From the IMG/VR virus record IMGVR_UViG_3300011336_000387, positions 1,850 through 65,849 of that record: a stretch of DNA of 64,000 nucleotides. One strand, written 5' to 3'. Source of the stretch: a virus (taxonomy: Duplodnaviria > Caudoviricetes). A program made the translations under genes and the position numbers. Position 1 is the first letter of the stretch, and each line of letters begins with the position of its first letter. This document shows, piece after piece, positions 46,554 through 55,084 of this stretch. A model generated the notes under the pieces. It was not told the origin of the DNA and searched no databases. It saw nothing but the letters and a program-made list of their open reading frames with translations.

Positions 46554-49360
46554 TGTTAAATAAAAAAGTTTTATCTAAAATAGATTTAGGGAGTTATACA
46601 AAACCTAACCCCTATCATAATGATATAATCTATGATCCAAGAGGTCAATGGGATCATCCTGGACAAAACACTAGAATACCTGGTGGAGATATTACTATGC
46701 AGGGAGTACCATATCCTGTATATGCTCAACCTAATATAGGTCAACCACAAATGATGTATCCTGATCAAAACTATCAGTTTCCAGGAGCAGACTATGTAGA
46801 TGAATTTCCTCAGATGAAAAAAGGAGGTAGAACAAAAGGTCTTATATCAATGCCAAAACCAAGTAAAAAAGGTTTGATGTCTAATAAGTATTCTAGAAGT
46901 TTAGATGCAACTAATAAACTGTTTACAGAAAATTTTTTATTTGCAAAACCTAAGTCTAGAAAGAATAAAGTATTTGATCCTAATGCAAACTATGCAAAAG
47001 GTGGTGCTTTACTTACTAAAGAAGTAACATGTAAAAAGTGTGGTTGGGAATGGGATGCTGCAGATGGTGGTAAAGATATTACTACATGTCATAAGTGTGG
47101 TGGTCAAGGATTAGTACATGCACAGAAAGGTGGTAATACTGATGGAATGACTGGTATGATGAAAGCTAGACTAGCATATGCTAATGAATTTGGAAATCCT
47201 GCTGCTGAAAGAATGATTAACCTACCAGACAATCCTTATCAATTTGATAATGGTGATACTGGTTCTCATTACATGGCTAGTTATGATAATTATGCAGTAC
47301 CACAAATACAAGATGAGAATGGTGAATTAGTATTAGGAGACTATGGTCCGGAATCTAATGAAGCTATAAGATTTGATTCAGATGAAGATGCTAATTATTT
47401 TGCAGAAAATTATAAAGATGTTTCTCCAGGATTTATAGAAGCTGAACTTGATGAAGATGAAATAGAGGAATATAGAAGAGGTGGATACATAGTAGAAGAT
47501 ATTTCTATACCTTCATTAAATCAGATGCAAGATGGTGGTACATACACTGTAAAAGGAAGTGATGGTGTTTATAAAAAAGTTAATGGTCAATGGCAAGTAG
47601 ATTGGAATAGATCTGGAAAGTATCAACCTTTAAGTAAAGGTGATGTTAAAGCTAGGACAGCTGTTTTAGATAAGATGGCTAAACCTTTATATGATAAAGA
47701 TTATGATGAAATGGTTGCTTATAAAAATTTATCTGCTGAAGATAAAATAAATAAATTTGAACCTAAAAAAGAATTAACTAAAGAAGAATTAAAAAAAGTT
47801 TCAGAAAGACTTGGTAGAAATTATAAACCAGAAAATACTAAATTACAATCAGTTGAAATGGTTTATCCTGAGAAATATATTATAGGTCCTGGAGGAGGGT
47901 TATTAAATCAAGGTTTAAAAACAGGTGTTGGAGCAATTGAAAAACTTGCAGCAACAAAAATACCAGGATTATTTGGCACTACTGTTGGTCAAGCTGCAGG
48001 AGCAGGTTTTGCAGCAGATGCTTTAATAAATCAATTTCCAGGAGCTATAAGTGATATAGGTAAAGGAGAGTATGAAGATGCTGCAGAAAAAGCTTTATAT
48101 GGTACATTAGGTTTAGCTGGATCAGGTATTGGTAAAGGAGTGGTATCAGGAGCTAAAGATTTAGGTAAATTTTTAGGTACTGACTCTGGAGTATTATCTA
48201 ATACATATAAAATTAATCCTTGGGCATTTAAACCTAATCCTGAAGCTTATTATAGAGGAATAGGAGAAGCTGGATATAAAGATGCTATAGAGAGTGGTGT
48301 ATTAAGAACAAATAGAAATCCAAATTGGACTTCTTCTCCTGGTGATTCTCCTTATTTTTTTAATGGAAAAAACTTTAAAGGTATAAAACAATATGAACCT
48401 AATGTAATTGCAGAAGTTACAAATCAACCTATGAGAGCAAGAACTTTTTCAAGACTTGCAAAAAAAGGAGATGAAAGTGTTTTTCAACCAATTATAAATA
48501 CAGGACAAAAATTTGCAGGAATGGATGTTGTTAAAAAATTACCAAATATACCTTTAGGTGAAAATATAAAATTTTATAAAAAACATTGGAGAAAAGGATA
48601 TAAAGAAATACCTAAACAACTACCAGGTTCTTCTAATTCTTTTGAATTATTTGATTTAAATAATGTTCGTAAACCTAGTGGAAGTATAGGTAATCAAGGA
48701 GCTACTCCAGAAGGAGCAAGAGATATTTTAAAAAGTATAGGTGTAGAAGTAAAGGCTGTAGACCCCGCTCATCCTACTTTTAAAGAAATGGTTGAACATT
48801 TAAAAAATAATCCTAAAGATGCTTCAAAATATAAAAAATTTTTAGAAAATGAACCTATTAATGTTAGTGAACTACCTGGAGGAGAATATCAAATTAATGA
48901 TGGGCATCATAGAGCTACGTTAAGTTATTATTCAGGAAATGAAAATATTCCTGCTATTATAAAAAATAAAGGAGAATATATAACACAATTACCAGGTTCT
49001 CCTAATACACCTATAGTTAATACAAAAATGGGTTCTGGTCTTGGAATAGATATGTCAAAATATGAAATAAAAAATCCTGATTATTATACACAATTATTAA
49101 ATACTTATGACAATAAAACTCTTTCCTCTACAAATAAAAAGTTTTATAAAGATTTAATTAACACAGTTAAAAAACAAAATGGTATATTAACTGAAAGACA
49201 ATATAATGAACTTCAAAGATTAAAGAATGGAAATTTTAATTTTGGTAAAAAAGGTTATGCTAATGGTGGAGCAACTAATGATTATGTAGATGTAGAATTA
49301 ACTCCAAAAGAAATAAAAGATTTAATAGCACAAGGTTATGTGATAGAAGAACTCAATTAA
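46553..49360 (+). CDS. modular (polyvalent-like) cargo protein with GG motifs, Zn ribbon, ART-like and ParB-like modules
   Basis: 935 aa with six xxxGG motifs, CKKC...CHKC, YYRGIG...SGVLR and INDGHHR. Confidence 0.6.
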   Translation: MLNKKVLSKIDLGSYTKPNPYHNDIIYDPRGQWDHPGQNTRIPGGDITMQGVPYPVYAQPNIGQPQMMYPDQNYQFPGADYVDEFPQMKKGGRTKGLISMPKPSKKGLMSNKYSRSLDATNKLFTENFLFAKPKSRKNKVFDPNANYAKGGALLTKEVTCKKCGWEWDAADGGKDITTCHKCGGQGLVHAQKGGNTDGMTGMMKARLAYANEFGNPAAERMINLPDNPYQFDNGDTGSHYMASYDNYAVPQIQDENGELVLGDYGPESNEAIRFDSDEDANYFAENYKDVSPGFIEAELDEDEIEEYRRGGYIVEDISIPSLNQMQDGGTYTVKGSDGVYKKVNGQWQVDWNRSGKYQPLSKGDVKARTAVLDKMAKPLYDKDYDEMVAYKNLSAEDKINKFEPKKELTKEELKKVSERLGRNYKPENTKLQSVEMVYPEKYIIGPGGGLLNQGLKTGVGAIEKLAATKIPGLFGTTVGQAAGAGFAADALINQFPGAISDIGKGEYEDAAEKALYGTLGLAGSGIGKGVVSGAKDLGKFLGTDSGVLSNTYKINPWAFKPNPEAYYRGIGEAGYKDAIESGVLRTNRNPNWTSSPGDSPYFFNGKNFKGIKQYEPNVIAEVTNQPMRARTFSRLAKKGDESVFQPIINTGQKFAGMDVVKKLPNIPLGENIKFYKKHWRKGYKEIPKQLPGSSNSFELFDLNNVRKPSGSIGNQGATPEGARDILKSIGVEVKAVDPAHPTFKEMVEHLKNNPKDASKYKKFLENEPINVSELPGGEYQINDGHHRATLSYYSGNENIPAIIKNKGEYITQLPGSPNTPIVNTKMGSGLGIDMSKYEIKNPDYYTQLLNTYDNKTLSSTNKKFYKDLINTVKKQNGILTERQYNELQRLKNGNFNFGKKGYANGGATNDYVDVELTPKEIKDLIAQGYVIEELN

Positions 49361-49401
49361 ACTTATTAAGTTTACTGAATAAATTAAAATTTATTATATT
49401 T
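49359..49401 (+). promoter_or_regulatory. putative promoter with upstream AAACTT-N3-AAGTTT palindrome
   Basis: Palindrome at 49359-49373 and TATATT at 49395, 21 nt apart. Confidence 0.55.
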
Positions 49402-49417
49402 AATTATAACTAGTTAT

Positions 49418-52400
49418 ATGAAAAAAAGAGTAAGAATTTATAAATCATCAGATGGTGAAGGTAAATTTATAAATAAAACTGCACAATTTTTACAAAGAGC
49501 ACAAGAAGGGGGAGTTCCTGATTCTAATATGATGGGATATCCAGGTGCTCAACAACAATCTCAAGAACTTACTGATGATCAGTTAGCATCTGTTGTATTA
49601 CAAGATATATCAAATTCTGCACCTAGAGAAGCAATTGTTGTAAAGTTAGTTAATGTATTTGGTAAAGAACCAATGGAAGCTATGCAATTTGTAGATCAAA
49701 TGTATAACTATGTTAAACAACAACAACAATCAGAAATAGATAGTGAAGATAATAAAGATGAAGAATCAGAAGATATAGTAGCTGGAAATGATGTATTGGA
49801 AGTTGCACAACCTGAAGAAGAACCAGAATCTCAATCAGGTACAGACATGGCAAATGAAATGATTCTAGAAGATGATGGATCAGATTATGATGACAATGCA
49901 GCAGCATCAGATTTAATCATGAAATATGGTGGATACTATAGAGCTCAAGAAGGTATGGAAGTACCAATTGAAATGCCTGATGTAAGTGCTTATTTACCAG
50001 AAAATATGTTTGATGCTTATGGTAATCCAAATTATTATGGTGATACAAATTCTGCAGCTGAAATAGCATGGGCACCACCTCAAATGTATGGTGATGATGA
50101 ACAAGAAGATATTAATTCTTTTTCAGGATTTGAAACTCCTGAAATACCAGAAGAAGTGATTGATGACTATGCAAAATATGGAGGTTCTAAGCAAAGCAAA
50201 AAACAATTTGTAAGTTCTGTTTTAAAACTTGTTAAGAAACAAATGGGTGGAGATAATCAAGATCCAAAGTCTGCAGATTTTACAGATGACCATGCAGATC
50301 CAACAGGTTCAGGTATAAGAAAAAAGAATTTAAATAAATTTATTGGGTCTATTAAAAATGAATCTGCTATTGCTCAAGCTAAAGAACAAGCTGAACAACA
50401 GTATGATCAGATGATGCAACAACAACAAATGTATCAACAATATCCTGTAGCACAAAATGGTGGTGAACAAGATATCTATCAAGGACAAGATTATGAGAAT
50501 CCTATGCATCATTTGGCAGCTTACTCACAGGCAGCAGGTGATGTCTTTAGTCAAGATCAAAATCAAATTATTCAAGCTAGAAATGGTGGAGATATATTTG
50601 GTAGACAAAGAATGCCAAGAGATTTTAACTTTGGATATGGTTTACCTCCTATTACTAAAATAGATGTAAGAAAATCAGGATGGTTAACAGGTAGACCAAG
50701 ACAATACTCTATTGAGTTTGGACAAGGAAGTCCTATGCCAGGAATGGGTATGCCAGAACAAGGTGCAGGAACTTATGGATATGGAGCTAGAACAGTTAGA
50801 TGGCCGGCTACAAGAAAAAGTGTTGTAACTGATGCAACTTCAGTTAATAAAGAAGCATTAAAAGAAGTAGCAAAAGAAACTCCTGGATCTACAGCAACTA
50901 CAAATGCTGCTAATCCAGAAACTGTAACTACAATGAGTACAACTACTCAAGGAACTGTAGCTAGTACTGTAAAACCAGGAGGAACTACACAAACTCAAAC
51001 TAAAACAGTTAATGGTAAAACAGAAACTAATCCTGTAAATTCAAAAACAGTACAACCTACTGATAAATCAGATACTAAAGAAAAGAAAACTTTAACTGAT
51101 GGTGTATATACTTATCCTGGAAAGAATAACTTATATAAAAAGAAAGAAGGTGTATGGTATATAGATACAACAGGTACTGGTAAGAAATATCAACAGTTAA
51201 AGTCAGGAGATGTAACAGGTAGAATTAATGCTTTAGAATCTAAAGCTATACTATATAAAAAATCTGCAGCTAATACTACACAAAAAGTTAATCCAGCTGC
51301 ATATAGTCTGGGAGATCCTATGGCTTTTACAAATGCACTATTAACTAAAGATCAAAATCAAATTAATAATGTTATGTTCCCAGGATATCAAGAAGGTGGT
51401 AATACATCACAAGATATGATGGGAAATAATGGTGATCTTTTAAAATATGTATATGGTGGAGATGAATATGATGATATTTCTCAAGGAGATATAGATGATG
51501 TATATTCTAAAGATACCGCTAATGGAGATTTTCCTATGGCTCAATTTGGTAGATCAATTGGTAGAGGAATAAGAAATTATTTTCCTGCAAATGTTATGCC
51601 TGTTGGACAATATACAAGAATGCAAAGAGGACCTTATAATCCTCAAACTGGACAAGCTCAAAATTTTATACCAGGAGCTGGTACATATTTAAAAAATATT
51701 GATGTTAAAAAATCAAGTTGGATTACAGGTGCTCCTAAAAAGTATACTATTACTTATGGTAATCAAGAAATGGATCCTAGAAAACAAAATATTATTACTC
51801 TTCCAGGTTCTGGTGCACAAACTTCTCAAACTCAAGGTGATAATAGAACTGCTAATAATAATCAAAGGAGTGATACAAAAGGATTAAAGTTAGGTTCTAA
51901 AGCTGCTGTTAGAAAAGGAGAGTTAGGAAATAAAATAAATGATTGGAAACTTAAAATGCTAGGCTTAGATGAGTATGGTAATAAAATAGGTAATGAACAA
52001 AGTGATAAAGTTCCAATGTCTAATGTAGAAATGCTTACAAAACAAGGTAAGATTTGGGATGAGAAAAGTAACCGTTGGATTGTAAAACCAGAACCACTTT
52101 CTGCACCTATGCAGTATATGAAAGATTCATTAACTGTACCTAATAATCCTCAACCTTTTTCATCTGATCAATTAATTAATACATCAGGACCAAGAAATAC
52201 AGAAATGCAATATGGAGGTGACTTAAGAAGATTTATGCCTTATGTTCAAAGTGGTGCAGAGACTCCTGTAACTTATACAAGTAATCCTGCATTAGCTGGA
52301 ATGACAGATGTTGATATGATATCATTAAATCCAGGTATAGCAGGTATAAATAAATCTTCATTTTGGAATGATCAAGCAAGTTTTAATCCTCCTGCTCCTG

Positions 52401-52870
52401 AAAGAGATAAATCTAAAGATCCTATTGAATATAAAGTAGATCCAAATCAAGGTCAAAGTCATCAAGCTGAAAATGTTTATTCAGGTACAGAAGGTGATAC
52501 GTCTATGGATTTTAAAACTAAAAATCTATTTGATAATGATGCTTATTTAAATGTTGCTAATGCTGGTATTAGAGGTGTTACAGGAATGATAAATAGAGCT
52601 CAAGATAGAAAGAGTGAAAGAAAGATGTATGATAATTATAATGCTGATAATCTTTATGCTGCTAAAACAGTTCAAGACAAAGGAGATTATGATACTAATA
52701 CAGGATTGTATAGACCACCTAATCAAGGACAATTACATGGTAGCCGTTCTGCAAAATATGGTGGTGATGTATATCAAGATGGTGGATATGTTGAAGGTGA
52801 TGAAGTATACATGACAGATGATGAAATACAAGAATTTCTTGCTAATGGTGGTGATTTAGAATTTATATAA
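49418..52870 (+). CDS. large low-complexity cargo / internal virion protein with GG motifs
   Basis: 1150 aa, acidic and Gln-rich, with about a dozen [MAY]xxGG motifs. Confidence 0.6.
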   Translation: MKKRVRIYKSSDGEGKFINKTAQFLQRAQEGGVPDSNMMGYPGAQQQSQELTDDQLASVVLQDISNSAPREAIVVKLVNVFGKEPMEAMQFVDQMYNYVKQQQQSEIDSEDNKDEESEDIVAGNDVLEVAQPEEEPESQSGTDMANEMILEDDGSDYDDNAAASDLIMKYGGYYRAQEGMEVPIEMPDVSAYLPENMFDAYGNPNYYGDTNSAAEIAWAPPQMYGDDEQEDINSFSGFETPEIPEEVIDDYAKYGGSKQSKKQFVSSVLKLVKKQMGGDNQDPKSADFTDDHADPTGSGIRKKNLNKFIGSIKNESAIAQAKEQAEQQYDQMMQQQQMYQQYPVAQNGGEQDIYQGQDYENPMHHLAAYSQAAGDVFSQDQNQIIQARNGGDIFGRQRMPRDFNFGYGLPPITKIDVRKSGWLTGRPRQYSIEFGQGSPMPGMGMPEQGAGTYGYGARTVRWPATRKSVVTDATSVNKEALKEVAKETPGSTATTNAANPETVTTMSTTTQGTVASTVKPGGTTQTQTKTVNGKTETNPVNSKTVQPTDKSDTKEKKTLTDGVYTYPGKNNLYKKKEGVWYIDTTGTGKKYQQLKSGDVTGRINALESKAILYKKSAANTTQKVNPAAYSLGDPMAFTNALLTKDQNQINNVMFPGYQEGGNTSQDMMGNNGDLLKYVYGGDEYDDISQGDIDDVYSKDTANGDFPMAQFGRSIGRGIRNYFPANVMPVGQYTRMQRGPYNPQTGQAQNFIPGAGTYLKNIDVKKSSWITGAPKKYTITYGNQEMDPRKQNIITLPGSGAQTSQTQGDNRTANNNQRSDTKGLKLGSKAAVRKGELGNKINDWKLKMLGLDEYGNKIGNEQSDKVPMSNVEMLTKQGKIWDEKSNRWIVKPEPLSAPMQYMKDSLTVPNNPQPFSSDQLINTSGPRNTEMQYGGDLRRFMPYVQSGAETPVTYTSNPALAGMTDVDMISLNPGIAGINKSSFWNDQASFNPPAPERDKSKDPIEYKVDPNQGQSHQAENVYSGTEGDTSMDFKTKNLFDNDAYLNVANAGIRGVTGMINRAQDRKSERKMYDNYNADNLYAAKTVQDKGDYDTNTGLYRPPNQGQLHGSRSAKYGGDVYQDGGYVEGDEVYMTDDEIQEFLANGGDLEFI

Positions 52871-52879
52871 ATATATAAT

Positions 52880-55015
52880 ATGTTAAGAAGAGTTAAAATT
52901 AAAGTTGTTCCTAAAGCAAGAACTGGGTACCAAGTACGTGGAGCTTTAGCAAATGATGTACCTGCTTTTGGAGGTGCTGACTACAATGCCTATATTGGAC
53001 AACCAGATACTAAAGTTAGTAAATCTATTTCTGCTGTTCCTAGAAAAGAAGCAAATCTTGAAGCTGAAGGTGGAGAGACTGTAGTTGGTAACTTAGATGG
53101 AAGTAACATACCTTCATTTAAAAAAATAGTAGGACCAAAACATTATAATGGAGGAGTACCTCTTAATCTTCCTGATGATAGTTTTATTTTCAGTGATACT
53201 AAATCTATGAAGATTTCAGATCCACATATTCTTAAAATGTTTAATAAGACTGTTAAGAAAGGTGGTTATACTCCTGCAGAATTATCAAAGAAATTTGATA
53301 TCAATAAGTACAGACAAATTTTACAAGATCCTAACTCAGATAAGATAGATATAAAAACTGCTGAGTTAATGATTAAAACTTGTGTTTTAAAATTAGGTGC
53401 TTTAGCTTTAGCTCAAGAATCTAAAAAATCATTTCCACAAGGTATCCCTAAAATTGCTGAACCATATATGGAAGCAAATGGAATAGCAGAAGAAGATTTG
53501 ATACCTAAAAAACCAGAAGAGCAAGAAGAAATGCCTGAACAAGAAATGGGTGAGTATTCTGAAATGCAAGGTATGGAAGAAATGCCAATGCAAATGCCTA
53601 ATGGTGAACCAGTAGCAATGCCACAACAAGGTATGCAACAAATGCAACAAGCTCCTATGGCAGCTTATGGAATGGAAATGGGAGGCTATGATATGCCTTA
53701 CTCTAGTGATCCATATGAAATGGCTTATGGTGGTAGTTTGTATAGAGCACAAGATGGTATTACTGTAAATGGTATTCCTGCTCAACAAAGAAACATGAGT
53801 CCTGCAGAAGGTGCTGGATATCAAAAAGGAACTGTTACAGGTGCTGGTCCTAATGCTCAAGGTTACTATAGAAGTATTCCTGGTGCTGAAAGAACTTATA
53901 AAGGTGGTAAAGCTATTCCAGGAGGATCAAGACCATCATCAGGATGGGCAGGAAGTATGTGTGATAGATTAATGCAAGGTGCTACAATTGCCCAACTTGT
54001 AAAAGAGGGTCATGGAACTACGGCAGGATTAACAGCTTTACTTAAAGATTGTAGTCCTAAAGCTGAAGAGAAATTTAAAGAAAAGAAAGATGCCTTTTAT
54101 AATGAAGAAGGAGCACCTGGAATAACTACTACAACTTCTACAACTTCAAAATCTCCATGTGAGTGTACTGATCCGGATACTGGTGAAACATATGATCCTG
54201 GTGAAGATGCAAATGGTAACTGTAATGACTGTACTAAAGATTATCCAGGATCAGGAGTATATAAAAATAACACAGAACGTAATCCAGAATGGTGGTTACA
54301 AGATACAGTAAATACTTTTGGTGCAGTTGGGGATTTAGCAGGTATTAGAAAATATATGCCATTTGAAGTAAGAGCTGATCTTGAAGAACCTAGACCTACA
54401 TTTGTAGATGACACACGTGGTCAAGGAAAAATAAATGCTGCTGCTAATGTTGCTGCTCAAGCTACAGGACAATTTGCTAGAGCTCAAGGCCAAGGTGCAA
54501 ACTTATCTGCAATACAAGGAGCAAATGCAGCTGCTGCAGCAGATTTAGCATCACAAACTAATAACCAAAATGTAAATATTGGTAATCAGTTTGAAGCAGC
54601 CCAAGTTGGTGTAAGAAATCAAGAAAATATGTTGAACCAACAGATGGCAAACAGAGTGTATGATAAAAATGTTGTTGCTAATCAACAGTTTGATAATGCT
54701 AAAAGACAAGGTAGAGCTAATGTAAGAGAATCATATAATACTGCACTTACTAATAGAGCTAAGACAGATGCTATGAATCAAATGTATCCTAATTATCAAG
54801 TAAGTCCAGGTTCTGGAGGTTTGGTTAATTATACACCTACTCAGAAAAAAGTTAGTCCAGGTGCAAAAGAAATGACTCCAGAAGAATATGCTCAATCTAT
54901 TTCTAAATATGATCCAAAAGTTCAAGCAAAATTAATGGAACTTAAGTTTGGAAAATATGGTGGACAGTTCTTTGAACATGGTGGTTATGTGTATTCTACA
55001 TTCCCAATTATTTAG
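52880..55015 (+). CDS. cargo protein with EAEGGE domain and GG motifs
   Basis: ANLEAEGGETV...GPKHYNGGV...IFSD resembles a domain in crAss-like cargo genes; MAYGG, GKYGG and FEHGG motifs. Confidence 0.6.
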   Translation: MLRRVKIKVVPKARTGYQVRGALANDVPAFGGADYNAYIGQPDTKVSKSISAVPRKEANLEAEGGETVVGNLDGSNIPSFKKIVGPKHYNGGVPLNLPDDSFIFSDTKSMKISDPHILKMFNKTVKKGGYTPAELSKKFDINKYRQILQDPNSDKIDIKTAELMIKTCVLKLGALALAQESKKSFPQGIPKIAEPYMEANGIAEEDLIPKKPEEQEEMPEQEMGEYSEMQGMEEMPMQMPNGEPVAMPQQGMQQMQQAPMAAYGMEMGGYDMPYSSDPYEMAYGGSLYRAQDGITVNGIPAQQRNMSPAEGAGYQKGTVTGAGPNAQGYYRSIPGAERTYKGGKAIPGGSRPSSGWAGSMCDRLMQGATIAQLVKEGHGTTAGLTALLKDCSPKAEEKFKEKKDAFYNEEGAPGITTTTSTTSKSPCECTDPDTGETYDPGEDANGNCNDCTKDYPGSGVYKNNTERNPEWWLQDTVNTFGAVGDLAGIRKYMPFEVRADLEEPRPTFVDDTRGQGKINAAANVAAQATGQFARAQGQGANLSAIQGANAAAAADLASQTNNQNVNIGNQFEAAQVGVRNQENMLNQQMANRVYDKNVVANQQFDNAKRQGRANVRESYNTALTNRAKTDAMNQMYPNYQVSPGSGGLVNYTPTQKKVSPGAKEMTPEEYAQSISKYDPKVQAKLMELKFGKYGGQFFEHGGYVYSTFPII

Positions 55016-55019
55016 TTAT

Positions 55020-55070
55020 AAACTTTTAAAGTTTAGTAAACTTATAAAATTTTAATATATTTACAGTATA
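55020..55070 (+). promoter_or_regulatory. putative promoter with 9-bp-phased AAACTT/AAGTTT array
   Basis: AAACTT-TTA-AAGTTT-AGT-AAACTT-ATA-AAATTT-TAA-TATATT; same palindrome-to-TATATT spacing (21 nt) as at 49359. Confidence 0.55.
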
Positions 55071-55084
55071 GATAATAATAAATT

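Noticed and set aside
33171-52814. Short plus-strand alternative-frame ORFs (33171, 50457, 51699, 52614)
   Set aside because: They are nested in larger genes and have the Met/Ile/Leu-rich composition typical of shifted frames in AT-rich DNA.
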